From a virus, in the IMG/VR virus record IMGVR_UViG_3300036823_000383, positions 1 through 64,000 of that record: a DNA stretch of 64,000 nucleotides. One strand, 5' to 3'. Both the position numbers and the translations under genes were made by a program. Under the pieces are notes generated by a model. It had not been told where the DNA came from. It worked only from the letters and a program-made list of their open reading frames with translations, and ran no database searches. Numbering within the stretch: position 1 is the first letter of the stretch; every line of letters begins with the position of its first letter. Shown piece after piece: positions 26,444 to 35,713 of this stretch.

Positions 26444-27871
26444 TCAGAGACCGCTGACGCGCGCGGGCGCGAGGCTCTTCGCCGGAGTGCCGCCGTTGCC
26501 GAGCTGCTTCTGAGAGTTGTCACCCCAGCAGTAGAAGTGCGCGTTGTTCAGGTCGCACGTCGCGCCGGGGAGCGCGGCCGGCGCCGCGACGAAGAGCGTA
26601 CCGGACCCGTGTCCTGAGACGGCAACGGGCGTCGTCGACAGGTGTGGGCTCGTCGGGCTGTTCGAATAGTCGAACCCGTCGCCGAGTTCGCCATCGTCAC
26701 CTAAGCCCCAGCACGACGCCGCTCCACTCGACGTGACCGCGCACGTCGTGAATTCGCTGGCGCTCATGTTCTGGACGCCGCTTGACAGACCCGACACCGA
26801 GACGGGCACGTTGCTGTCGTGATCGTTCATGCCGGATGTGTCGATGGTCCCGTTACCAAGCTCGCCGCCCGGGTTGTAACCCCAGCACTTCGCAGCGCCG
26901 CTCTGCACCGCACAGCTCCACCCGATCCCGACGGTTGCCCAGGTCACGCCGCTCGACATGCCGCTGACCGCGACGGCCGTCAGCGACGACGTGTTCGCCC
27001 CATTCCCGAGCCCTCCGTAAGAGCCGTCGCCCCAGCACTTCAGCGCGCCGCTGACGATCGCGCATGAATCCGCGCGACCCGTGGCCACCATCGTGGCGCC
27101 GGAGATACCAGATACCGCAACGGGTGCCGTTCGAGACGTCGTCGTACCGTCCCCGATCTGACCGAAGTAGTTGTCCCCCCAGCACTTGACGGCTCCCGTC
27201 GAGAGCGTTGCGCAAGTGGTGAAGTCGCCCGACGAGAGCTGCACGACGCCGCTGGTGAGCCCGGAAACGGATTGGCCGACGGTGCGACTGGTGAGAGTGC
27301 CGTCGCCGATCTGCCCGTCCGAGTTGTGTCCCCAGCATACGGCGGCCCCGTTCACGATGGCACACGCATGATAGGCGCCGCACACGACGCTCGTCGCGCC
27401 TCCGCTCGCGTTCGTCACCGGCACGGGAACGAGTGAGTCGAGAGTGCCTCCGTTCCCGAGCTGGCCGGCGGAGCCTTCGCCCCAGCACACGACGCCGCCG
27501 GAAGCGATCGCGCAACCGAAGTCACCGCCCTGGCAAATCTCCGTGTCGCCTACGAAGATCGATTGCGGAGCTGTTTCGACGGTACCGCCCGAGAAGGTGC
27601 CGATCGCCTTGAACGTGTGAGCACCGGGAGCGACCGTCGGGAATCCTACGCTCGTGTTCCACGGCGAACCGAACGACGTCGACATAAGAACGCCGTCCAC
27701 GTAGTAGTCGACCTTCGTGGCATCCGCCGACGCTGTGGCAGCGTACGAGGTGTTACCGCCGTGAAGGACAGCGCTTGCGCTGATCGAGCACGTCCCGGTG
27801 CACGCTGCCTGGCTCGGCGTGGCGTAAGCGAGAGCAATTGCTAACAGTGCGAATAATTTCAATGATTTCAT
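26444..27871 (-). CDS. Secreted RCC1/BLIP-II-like beta-propeller with N-terminal Ig-like domain
   Basis: Signal peptide ending SQA-A; seven C..G..CWG.N..GQLG.G repeats; AGGAG RBS. Confidence 0.9.
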   Translation of the reverse strand: MKSLKLFALLAIALAYATPSQAACTGTCSISASAVLHGGNTSYAATASADATKVDYYVDGVLMSTSFGSPWNTSVGFPTVAPGAHTFKAIGTFSGGTVETAPQSIFVGDTEICQGGDFGCAIASGGVVCWGEGSAGQLGNGGTLDSLVPVPVTNASGGATSVVCGAYHACAIVNGAAVCWGHNSDGQIGDGTLTSRTVGQSVSGLTSGVVQLSSGDFTTCATLSTGAVKCWGDNYFGQIGDGTTTSRTAPVAVSGISGATMVATGRADSCAIVSGALKCWGDGSYGGLGNGANTSSLTAVAVSGMSSGVTWATVGIGWSCAVQSGAAKCWGYNPGGELGNGTIDTSGMNDHDSNVPVSVSGLSSGVQNMSASEFTTCAVTSSGAASCWGLGDDGELGDGFDYSNSPTSPHLSTTPVAVSGHGSGTLFVAAPAALPGATCDLNNAHFYCWGDNSQKQLGNGGTPAKSLAPARVSGL

Positions 27872-27921
27872 TTCTTCTCCTTTGACCAATGAGCTGGTCG
27901 CTCAGGGCCGTCGGCCGACGG

Positions 27922-28167
27922 TCACTTCGGATTTCGCTGTTTCGCGCGCCACCGCTCCATTTCGCGGGCGCACTTTTCCGCCGCGCGGATGCGCGCCGCG
28001 GGCACGTCGAAGCGCTGCGCCATCCGAGCCCACGCGATGACCGTCTCGGGCGCGCAGAGATCGGACGCCCGCAAGACGAACGCCGGCTCATCCGGGTCCA
28101 GCAAGAGGCCCGATGGCGCCGGCTGGCTCGGGCGGTTCCCCCGGGGCGGCGGCCTCGTCGACCCCAT
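27922..28167 (-). CDS. Hypothetical phage protein
   Basis: PDEPAFVLRASDL.AP..V..WA..A..A.EME.W pattern. Confidence 0.65.
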   Translation of the reverse strand: MGSTRPPPRGNRPSQPAPSGLLLDPDEPAFVLRASDLCAPETVIAWARMAQRFDVPAARIRAAEKCAREMERWRAKQRNPK

Positions 28168-28700
28168 TAGGGCTCGTCGTCGTCGGGCTTGCCGGCGTAG
28201 TGAGGGAACGGCTCGGCGATCGCGATCGGCTGAAACGCCGTCGGCGTGTCCTCGCCGCGCTCACGCTGTCGCTGTCGGCGCTCCTCGTAGACGTCCTGCC
28301 CGCCGCCGGCGGCGCGGACCTGGTCCCGTGGGCTCGGCGCGAACGCCTCGAGCGCCGTCGTGTGCGGCAGCCCGCGGGCGCGCTCGGCTAGCATCTGCCG
28401 CTGGAGTTCGGCCTCGTGCTCCTTCTTCGTGCGGCTGTCCACGATCATGCTGAGCGTCGGCTGCTCCTCGCGGAAGCGCATCGACGGCCTGCCGTAGAGC
28501 GCCGTCTCGGCGTCGGCGATCCGCTTCTCGCGGGCGAGCTGCTCACCCTTCCAGAGGTTCTTGTACTGCAGGGCTTCAGCTTCCGCTTTGAGGAGCGGCC
28601 GCCGGATGAACCAGTGAAACGCGCCCATCAGTACGCTGCCCGTAGCTCCGCTCCCGGCAATCACCTTCAGCCAGGACATCACCTCGGGATCGATCGCCAT
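28167..28700 (-). CDS. Membrane-anchored protein in lysis module (holin/antiholin/i-spanin candidate)
   Basis: Single N-terminal hydrophobic segment then coiled coil; position near the endolysin. Confidence 0.55.
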   Translation of the reverse strand: MAIDPEVMSWLKVIAGSGATGSVLMGAFHWFIRRPLLKAEAEALQYKNLWKGEQLAREKRIADAETALYGRPSMRFREEQPTLSMIVDSRTKKEHEAELQRQMLAERARGLPHTTALEAFAPSPRDQVRAAGGGQDVYEERRQRQRERGEDTPTAFQPIAIAEPFPHYAGKPDDDEP

Positions 28701-28707
28701 CGTTGCC

Positions 28708-29076
28708 TCACTCGCCGTCGAGGTGCCCGAGGGGAGGCGCCGTGTTCTTCGCGACGACGGCGCGGAGTCGATCAGCCTCGCCGGGGAGCTCCATTCGGAC
28801 GAGGAGATCTATCAGCGTGTTGATGGAGATCGTGATGTTCGCCTCGTTGAAGCCGAAGCGCGTGTTGCCATCGCCGAGGCGCTGGTCGTTCTTCTGGCGC
28901 CACTCGTCGACTTCCTTGCGCCACAGGTCGATCTCGTCGAAGCGGTCGTGCGCTCGCGTGAGCATCGCCTCTATGCGGTCGAGTTGCGACAGCTCCGGAA
29001 GCGGATCGGCGGGCGGATTCGGGTCCGCCTGCAGAGGGAATTGCTCGGGCGCGCTAGCGTCGTCTCGTTCGCTCAT
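28708..29076 (-). CDS. Hypothetical protein
   Basis: ATGA-coupled to the endolysin candidate. Confidence 0.6.
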   Translation of the reverse strand: MSERDDASAPEQFPLQADPNPPADPLPELSQLDRIEAMLTRAHDRFDEIDLWRKEVDEWRQKNDQRLGDGNTRFGFNEANITISINTLIDLLVRMELPGEADRLRAVVAKNTAPPLGHLDGE

Positions 29077-29651
29077 GATGCTCCCTCCGGGGGCAGGACG
29101 TCGGGCTGAACCTCGCCCGTCTCGTGCCCGATGACGCCGAGCGCCTTAATGAGCGCGGCGTAGTAGTCCTCGATGTTGAGGCGGTCCCCGTTCGGGTTTG
29201 CGTGCGTGTGCAGCCCGAGGAAGTAGTGTTCGTCGTACATCCCCGTCGTCGCTTGCAGGAAGTCGTTGCACGCGAGCGCGTCCGTCACCTCGGACGACCG
29301 GCAGATCGTATCGACAAGCCGCTTGAAGCCCAGCGCGGGCGTCGGGTCGCCCGCGAACCAAGTCGTGTACGGGACGACCTTGCCCGCGGCGTCGTCGAAC
29401 TTCGAGTCGACGTGCTTGAAGGAGTACTGGTCGGGGTGCGTCGTCGTGATCGCTCCCATGTTGTTGCTGCCGGCGCCTTCGCCCTCTTTCCACCCCGCGC
29501 CGTAATTCGTCTCGTGCCAAGCGACGAGCCGGCAGAAGAGCGACTTCGCGGCCGTCATGCCCGGAAGGGCATCGACGATCGACTTGGCTTGGGTGTGGGT
29601 GAGCATCAGAGCAAGTTCCGTAACCAAGGCGGCAGCCTCGGCGTGATCCAT
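29073..29651 (-). CDS. Putative lysozyme-fold endolysin (glucosaminidase/muramidase-like)
   Basis: VAWHETNYG...NNMGAI with catalytic Glu, later YF and Y motifs. Confidence 0.65.
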   Translation of the reverse strand: MDHAEAAALVTELALMLTHTQAKSIVDALPGMTAAKSLFCRLVAWHETNYGAGWKEGEGAGSNNMGAITTTHPDQYSFKHVDSKFDDAAGKVVPYTTWFAGDPTPALGFKRLVDTICRSSEVTDALACNDFLQATTGMYDEHYFLGLHTHANPNGDRLNIEDYYAALIKALGVIGHETGEVQPDVLPPEGAS

Positions 29652-29718
29652 GCGGCGCAGAGCACGAGCACGAGGCTCACTCGCGCGTTCGGCGCGGCGG
29701 ACTCGGCTCGAGTCCGCG

Positions 29719-30669
29719 TCACAGCGGCGCGTTCGCGGCGATGCCCGCCGAAGCCGCGGCCTCGGCTTCTTTCGCCGTCATGCCGGCGTGGTACTTCGCC
29801 GCGATCCCGGCGTTGGCCCACGCCTGGAACTGCGCGAGCGTCGGCGACGCCTTGGGCACCGGCACGTTGCCGCCGAATGCGTTGAAGTCTGCCAGCAGCC
29901 CGGCCCAGTCGAAGCCGCTTGCGGCTTTCGTCTGGCCCTTGCCGATGAGGTCCGGGGTGAGGAGCGCGTACGCCTCGCCGCCCGCGTGCGAGACGGCGTA
30001 CTTCTTCAGCGCGGCCCAGGTGAGCGTGATGATGAGCCCCCACGTCGCAATCTGAACGCCCGCGGCGTTGTAGCCGACGATTACGACGCAGTGTCCGTTC
30101 TCGGGGTTCGGTGCGCCCGCGACGTCCCACACCGCGCTGTCGTTCGCGGGGAAGGGCGAGATCCACTCATCGGGTAGCGCCATGCCGAGCACGACAGTCT
30201 CGAAGAGCTCGAGCGCCTGCATGACCTGCGTCTTGTTCGTCGCGTCGACGACGACCCAGCCGGACGCCTTCGTGCCGTTCGGGAAGCCCGTCTTGACGGC
30301 GTAGTTGAGGGCGGTCTCCTCGTCGCAGCCACGATCCGTGCTCGGGTCCTTCGGGTTGTAACCGCCGATCGCCGAGTACCACTTGATGATGTCGGGGAGC
30401 GCCGTGTGGTAGAGCGCGCCGGCGTTGCCGGTGAAGACGGCGAGCGAGTGTCCGAAGAGTCCCGCGATGACGCAGTCGCCGAGCCGGTCATTCCCCATCA
30501 CGTCGCGCAGAGCGGCGAGCGCCTTCGAGGAATACGAGCATGTCGCCGCCGGGGTCGGGAGCGAGACGGCGTAGCGCGCGAAGTGCAAGCGCGGTCCGAC
30601 CGCCACCGGCGGGGTCCGCCCGAACTTGACGTTGCGGTTCAGGTGCTGCGCGTAGACCTCTTTGAGCAT
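29719..30669 (-). CDS. Papain-like (C1-type) cysteine peptidase
   Basis: GND..GDCVIA, D.GC, GHCVVIVGYN, TWG. Confidence 0.75.
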   Translation of the reverse strand: MLKEVYAQHLNRNVKFGRTPPVAVGPRLHFARYAVSLPTPAATCSYSSKALAALRDVMGNDRLGDCVIAGLFGHSLAVFTGNAGALYHTALPDIIKWYSAIGGYNPKDPSTDRGCDEETALNYAVKTGFPNGTKASGWVVVDATNKTQVMQALELFETVVLGMALPDEWISPFPANDSAVWDVAGAPNPENGHCVVIVGYNAAGVQIATWGLIITLTWAALKKYAVSHAGGEAYALLTPDLIGKGQTKAASGFDWAGLLADFNAFGGNVPVPKASPTLAQFQAWANAGIAAKYHAGMTAKEAEAAASAGIAANAPL

Positions 30670-30680
30670 GACGTTCCCTT

Positions 30681-31010
30681 TCAGTGCGCGCCGCCGTCGC
30701 GGACGACGAGCGCAGAGATGTTGTCGGCTGCGGACAGCCCGGAGGAGATCGCGGCGTCAGGCCCGTCCTCGAGGAACGGCTCGCACGCGGCTTCGAACAC
30801 GAGCGTCACGCGCTCGACCGGTAGGCCCTGCGCGGCCGCGCTCTCCGCGAGCTGGGCGGCGCGCTGACGCGCAAAGCGCTCGCAGCTGTCGGGGGTGCCC
30901 CCGTCCCGCGAGACCGGAGCCGGAGGCGGCACCGGCACCGGGGCAGGCGAGGGCACGACCGTGCACGAGCACACGGTGAGCAGACACGCGAGAATGAGCA
31001 GTCGTGCCAA
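30681..31010 (-). CDS. Small lipoprotein (o-spanin candidate)
   Basis: TTG start with GGAGG RBS, LLILACLLTVCSC, Pro-rich linker. Confidence 0.55.
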   Translation of the reverse strand: MARLLILACLLTVCSCTVVPSPAPVPVPPPAPVSRDGGTPDSCERFARQRAAQLAESAAAQGLPVERVTLVFEAACEPFLEDGPDAAISSGLSAADNISALVVRDGGAH

Positions 31011-31026
31011 GGGGTCCTCCAGCGCG

Positions 31027-31650
31027 TCAGGCGTAGACCGTGACGCCGACGTTCGTGGTGTTGCCGCCGACAGCCGCCGCCTTGATCCGTCGGACGGCGA
31101 CGGGTTCGATTGCGTGCGCTGCGACCTGGATGGCGTCGATCGCGTTGTCATCGCCCTGCGCCACGATCACGCCGGCCGCGTGGCCCTTAACGGAACGGAA
31201 GACCGAGCCGATCGCGACGATGTCGCCGACGCCGATCCGGAACTGTCCGAGCGCGTCGTTCTGACCGGGGAAGGAGACGACGCAGAGCGTCGGGTCGTCG
31301 AATGCCACGGCGCCGCGGATCGTCTCGCCACCGTTCGCCGCGGTGAGCAGGAAGTCTTCCGACGTAGTAACCCCGGCGACCGTTCCGGTGGCGGTGACCT
31401 TGTTGCCCGCGCCCGTCTTGTACGACCCCGTGTGAGCCGCCGTGGAGATGGTCAGCGTCCGAGGAGCGACGCGGTAACCCGCCGCTTTGAGGGTGGCCTC
31501 CGTGCCAGTGTAGGCGGTGTTTCCGGTCCCGTAGACGATCGGTGAGGTGCTCGTTGCCGCTGCGTTCAAGAGGCCCGACAGGTCATCGACGGTCCCGCGG
31601 GTGAACGATCCGGGAGAACCAAAGAGATCCTGCGGCGAGGTGCCGAGCAT
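31027..31650 (-). CDS. Putative virion structural protein
   Basis: Thr/Ala/Gly-rich beta protein, preceded by the GTAGGGG late motif. Confidence 0.65.
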   Translation of the reverse strand: MLGTSPQDLFGSPGSFTRGTVDDLSGLLNAAATSTSPIVYGTGNTAYTGTEATLKAAGYRVAPRTLTISTAAHTGSYKTGAGNKVTATGTVAGVTTSEDFLLTAANGGETIRGAVAFDDPTLCVVSFPGQNDALGQFRIGVGDIVAIGSVFRSVKGHAAGVIVAQGDDNAIDAIQVAAHAIEPVAVRRIKAAAVGGNTTNVGVTVYA

Positions 31651-31689
31651 GGGCCGCCCCTACGTTGCGGCCGCGTTGCCTGGCAAGGC

Positions 31690-32364
31690 TCAGGCCGACG
31701 TTTTCACCAGCTGGTAGGCGCGCGTTCCCGGGCGGCTCTTCGCATCGATGCGCCACCGCTCGCGGAGCTCGCCGAAGACCTGGTCCACCTCGCCCGTCTT
31801 CCGGTCCCGGCGAATCTGGTACCCGCGCGGCCGCGTCTCGAACGGCTGCTTCACGAGGCCCATGTGATCGTAGGGCGGCGGCGCGCCGACGATGAAGAAG
31901 TTGGGGAGTAGGAAGTTCGAGACGAGGATCCCGTCGATCGGGTACGAGTCGCCTTCGACGGCGTCGACGAGCTCGCGGGCGACGTCGTATCCGTCTGGGC
32001 CCGGTACCCACAGCGCCGTGTTCGGGTTCCCGGCCATCTCGCTGACCTCGTGCGAGAAGCCGACGGACGGCGCCTCGCCGGCCTGCGTCAGCGTCCCGAC
32101 GAAGACGTACGAGACCGGAACGCCGCGCTCGTCCTTGTCGTGGTAGGCGCCCGCTCCTGCAACGTCGGAAAGGTCACGCGCCTTCACGATGCGCATTCCT
32201 GGCAGAACAAACCGGGGCGACGGCAGGAACTCGATGGTCGGAGTGGGCCAGCCCCACGCGGGCGCCACGTGCTCGCGTTGCTGCTTCGCGCAGACCGTCG
32301 CGATCTCGAGCAGCTCGCCGCTCGACAGGGACGTCGACTCGTTAATGAACGCGGCGTCGATCAT
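31690..32364 (-). CDS. Zincin-like putative metallopeptidase
   Basis: GAYH, SHEVSEM..NP, EL.DAVE..Y.IDG..VSNF..P. Confidence 0.65.
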   Translation of the reverse strand: MIDAAFINESTSLSSGELLEIATVCAKQQREHVAPAWGWPTPTIEFLPSPRFVLPGMRIVKARDLSDVAGAGAYHDKDERGVPVSYVFVGTLTQAGEAPSVGFSHEVSEMAGNPNTALWVPGPDGYDVARELVDAVEGDSYPIDGILVSNFLLPNFFIVGAPPPYDHMGLVKQPFETRPRGYQIRRDRKTGEVDQVFGELRERWRIDAKSRPGTRAYQLVKTSA

Positions 32365-32654
32365 GGCTCACACCACGCGTCCGACGAGCACATGAGCTCG
32401 CCGGCTTGGCACCGCGGGGTCGCGGCGGGTCCGGACAGCTGTGCCATGCCCGCCGTGCAGAACCGACCGCAGTCGTACTGGCTTCTCGCCGGACGGGCGC
32501 AGAGCGTCGCCGCGCTGGCACACGCTTCCGCGCACCGGCCGCCGGCGTCCGCGTGCACGGGCGGTGGCTTCTGACCCGTCCCCGCGCGGTCCTGATGGCA
32601 TCCCGTCGCGCCCCCGAAGAAGAGCAGGAGCGCGAGGAGCAGGAGCGCCCTCAC
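32361..32654 (-). CDS. Small Cys-rich lipoprotein
   Basis: MRALLLLALLLFFGGATGC plus eight further Cys. Confidence 0.6.
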   Translation of the reverse strand: MRALLLLALLLFFGGATGCHQDRAGTGQKPPPVHADAGGRCAEACASAATLCARPARSQYDCGRFCTAGMAQLSGPAATPRCQAGELMCSSDAWCEP

Positions 32655-33301
32655 TGAGCGTCGCCGACGGCCGGCGTCGGGGCGTCCGAACAGTCCTGCG
32701 CCCATTCCGTCGCGGCATCCGAGGAGAACTTCGTCGCTGCCACCGCGAGCGCTGCGAATGCGCCGGCCGTTGACGCGAGCCCGATGCGCCAGCCCTTGTC
32801 GGAGACGATGCCGGCAGCGACGCCGGTGCCCCCCGAGACGATGCCATCGGCCCACGCGGCGCGCGTGAAGAGCTGATGGTCACTGTCGAGCGAATCGCAG
32901 TGGTGCTGATCGCGCGGAGGCGCGGCGGTCCCGAGCATCATGCGAGGCTTTGCCGCCTCCTCGAAGGAGCCCGCGCAGCCGGTGATCGCAACGAGCGCCG
33001 CGAGAAGAACGAGCATCGTCACCGCAGCGGACCGAGGCGGCGCGCTCGCGAGCTTCGCCATCAGCGCGGCGCGCTCGTCCGGACCCATGACTCGAGCGAT
33101 CTTCGAGAGTGGCGCGACCTTGATTCGCGACAGCCGCGTGAAGACCCAGGAGATGACGCCGAACGCCATGCCGGCGAGGGTGAGGGCTTGAGCATCCGTC
33201 ATCCCCAGCGATGGCAGGTACTTCGCTGCCAGTATCGCGATCACGCCCGCCAGAAACTTTATCCATCCCGCCGTGTTGACGGGCTCGTCGCCGTTCATCA
33301 T
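32651..33301 (-). CDS. Multi-TM protein, holin-like N-terminus with internal lipobox
   Basis: Two N-terminal TMs, internal MLVLLAALVAITGC, two C-terminal hydrophobic helices. Confidence 0.6.
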   Translation of the reverse strand: MMNGDEPVNTAGWIKFLAGVIAILAAKYLPSLGMTDAQALTLAGMAFGVISWVFTRLSRIKVAPLSKIARVMGPDERAALMAKLASAPPRSAAVTMLVLLAALVAITGCAGSFEEAAKPRMMLGTAAPPRDQHHCDSLDSDHQLFTRAAWADGIVSGGTGVAAGIVSDKGWRIGLASTAGAFAALAVAATKFSSDAATEWAQDCSDAPTPAVGDAQ

Positions 33302-33315
33302 GTTGCGTCTCCCTT

Positions 33316-33960
33316 TCAGAGTCCGCGCAGCGCCGATCGCAACGCGGGGTAGATGTCGTTTCCGAGCTTCGTGTAGCCCGTGGGCGTCGGATGAATCCCG
33401 TCGCATAGATCCCCACCGACGAGCGTCGTCGTCGCCCGGTATAGCTGAATACCTTCCTCGCCGAGGGTGTCCCACACGCCGGTTCTCGTGGTCGTAAGCG
33501 ACGTGTTGTTCGCCGCCGGCGCAGTGCCGCTGAAGACTGTGTTGACGACGAAACGCGCCTGAGGCTCACGCGAATGGATCTGCTCGATCAGCGACTGGTA
33601 GTTCGCAGCGAACGAGCCGCTGTCCTCGGCGTTCGTTCCCAGGTTCAACATGATCACCTGCACACCGTGCAGCGGCTTGCCCGTGCCGAGGTAGTTGGTG
33701 ATCGTATTGGTAGTGAAACCGCTGCCGTTGGTCGACGGCGCACCGGGCAGCTTGTCGTTGCACGAGTCGCCGTTGATGCCCTCGTGGTGCCGCGTCGGCG
33801 CGTACGAAGCCGTCGAGTTGTTCTGCTGCCCCAGCCACTGAATCGAGGTGTACCCGTCAGCGATCGCGAGCGTATCGAGCGCGGAGCGGTAGCCGTTGTA
33901 GACAGTGTCCGTCGTCGTCGATGTGCAGTCGTACCCGCGAGTGATCGAATCCCCGGTCAT
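33316..33960 (-). CDS. SGNH/GDSL hydrolase (esterase); true start uncertain
   Basis: GDSIT, HEGING, LGTN, DGIHP. Confidence 0.85.
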   Translation of the reverse strand: MTGDSITRGYDCTSTTTDTVYNGYRSALDTLAIADGYTSIQWLGQQNNSTASYAPTRHHEGINGDSCNDKLPGAPSTNGSGFTTNTITNYLGTGKPLHGVQVIMLNLGTNAEDSGSFAANYQSLIEQIHSREPQARFVVNTVFSGTAPAANNTSLTTTRTGVWDTLGEEGIQLYRATTTLVGGDLCDGIHPTPTGYTKLGNDIYPALRSALRGL

Positions 33961-34085
33961 CAGGACCGAGGCGTCAGCACCGAGAGGAGAGGTACCGAGT
34001 CTTGCGTCGGCCCCGCAGCATCCAGTCGCTAGTAGGAGGCCACCGATGAAGGTGTTAGCCCTACGCAGCGACGCCGCGGGGCCGA

Positions 34086-35486
34086 TCAGAATCTCCCTGC
34101 TGGGAAGTCGACCCGCAGCGAGGTGTAGTCGGCCTTCATCATGTTGGTCGCCGCGGTGCCCGTGTTCTTGAAGACGCCCACTGCCATGCCGAGCAGCGTG
34201 CTATTCGGCAGGTTCGTGGTGACCGTCGCCTTCAGCGCCTTGTCCACGTAGAACGCGACGCTAGATGATCCAGGGTAGGTGACCACCTGCAGCTCGTTGT
34301 AGGTCGCAGCAACCAGCGAGATGGTGGTGTCCACCGGTGTTCCGACACCTCCCGTGGTGCACCCGGCGAGCCAGTCCGTCGTGTTGACTGCGCTCGTCGT
34401 GTCGTAGATGAAGCCACACCCATCAGCGAAGATTTTCTGAGACGGAGCGCGTTGCTTCATGAGCCCCGCGTTGATCGCAAACGTGTTCGTGCCGTTCGAA
34501 AGAACGGGTGCCGTGATGCGAGTGGTCAGACTGAAGCCGACGTTGCTAGTGGAGTAGACGATCGACTCGCCGCCGTCCGCGGCGGTATTGGATGCGGTCC
34601 ACGCATTTGCGATACCGCACATGCCGGTTGCGGTGGACGTACCGGATGCGCACAGAATCTCGCCTACCGCGGAGGCGGAGTTCGTGCTTTGCGCGGCGAC
34701 GGTAACACCGGTCCCGCTCGTGAATCGCGCCCACCCGGCGGACCCAGGCGCATTCGCGACGGCCGCGTTTTCCGTAAGATCGTCCACGTGCACGATGACT
34801 TCGTCGGGACCTGCTTTCGCGTCGGTTCGCAGCAGGAACACCGGAGACGTGCCGACGGTCACCGACGGACCGAGGTAGCTGTATTCGCCGCCTGCGCGGC
34901 GATTCCCAAGCTTCACGCGCACGCGCGCCCCCGGGAACTCCGCCGCCTGATCGAGATTCGGGTGGCGCGTGACGACGAACGTAGATCCGGCGCCGCCGAG
35001 GTTGGTCGCGCAGTACACACCGTTCTCGAACCGGTTCGTTCTCTGCTGAATCAGAAAGCAGTCGCCCGAGCCGAGCGTGACGCCGTCGATCGGGGGCAGC
35101 ACCCCGTTTGAGTTTTCCGTCAGCGTCGAGTTGACACCGCTGGAGCCGTTTGAATATGTGCTCGCCGGTAGATCTGCGACGGCTGCCGCCTGGACGGCGA
35201 TGCCTCTGGAGTCGATGTAATTCTTCGTCGCAAGATCTTGCGGGAGCGTCGGGTCTGCGCCGCTATGGACGGGGTGCCCGTTCAGGTCCATGTCCCCGGT
35301 GGTGTGCGAGATGGTGATGTTGCCCGCGTTGTCGACGACGGCGCCGAACACCGTCTTCTTCAGAACGCAGCCGAGGACGACGTCGCCCTTCGCGTCGAGG
35401 CAGTTCGCATTCGGGGGAGGCCCCGACGGGGCGCATCCGGCCAGCACCAGCAACGCACAGAGCAGCGCAAATAGACGCTTGTTCAT
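34086..35486 (-). CDS. Tail-fibre-like protein with lipoprotein signal peptide
   Basis: MNKRLFALLCALLVLAGC; DP..QD.ATK.Y.D and IDGVTL..GD..L..Q.N..ENGVY fibre motifs; lectin-like C-terminus. Confidence 0.75.
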   Translation of the reverse strand: MNKRLFALLCALLVLAGCAPSGPPPNANCLDAKGDVVLGCVLKKTVFGAVVDNAGNITISHTTGDMDLNGHPVHSGADPTLPQDLATKNYIDSRGIAVQAAAVADLPASTYSNGSSGVNSTLTENSNGVLPPIDGVTLGSGDCFLIQQRTNRFENGVYCATNLGGAGSTFVVTRHPNLDQAAEFPGARVRVKLGNRRAGGEYSYLGPSVTVGTSPVFLLRTDAKAGPDEVIVHVDDLTENAAVANAPGSAGWARFTSGTGVTVAAQSTNSASAVGEILCASGTSTATGMCGIANAWTASNTAADGGESIVYSTSNVGFSLTTRITAPVLSNGTNTFAINAGLMKQRAPSQKIFADGCGFIYDTTSAVNTTDWLAGCTTGGVGTPVDTTISLVAATYNELQVVTYPGSSSVAFYVDKALKATVTTNLPNSTLLGMAVGVFKNTGTAATNMMKADYTSLRVDFPAGRF

Positions 35487-35650
35487 GCTCCTACCTCGAC
35501 CTCATCGTTCGCGTCGTTGGTCTCAACGACGTCGTTGGTGTTGTCCACGCCGACGATGTCCTTCGTGTTCGTCGGTCCCCCGCCACCGCTCGATGGAAGC
35601 GCGTGAGGAGAGAGCAACGAGAGGCATCCGAGGCCCACGAAGAACGCCAT
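35483..35650 (-). CDS. 55-aa peptide absent from the ORF track
   Basis: MAFFVGLG...DVVETNDANDEVEVGA; GTAGGG motif upstream; stop overlaps the next ATG. Confidence 0.65.
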   Translation of the reverse strand: MAFFVGLGCLSLLSPHALPSSGGGGPTNTKDIVGVDNTNDVVETNDANDEVEVGA

Positions 35651-35713
35651 TCGCGGGGCCCTACACCGCTGCGGTTCCCGATTCCTAGGCCGCGAGGTCT
35701 TTTCCGAACGGCC

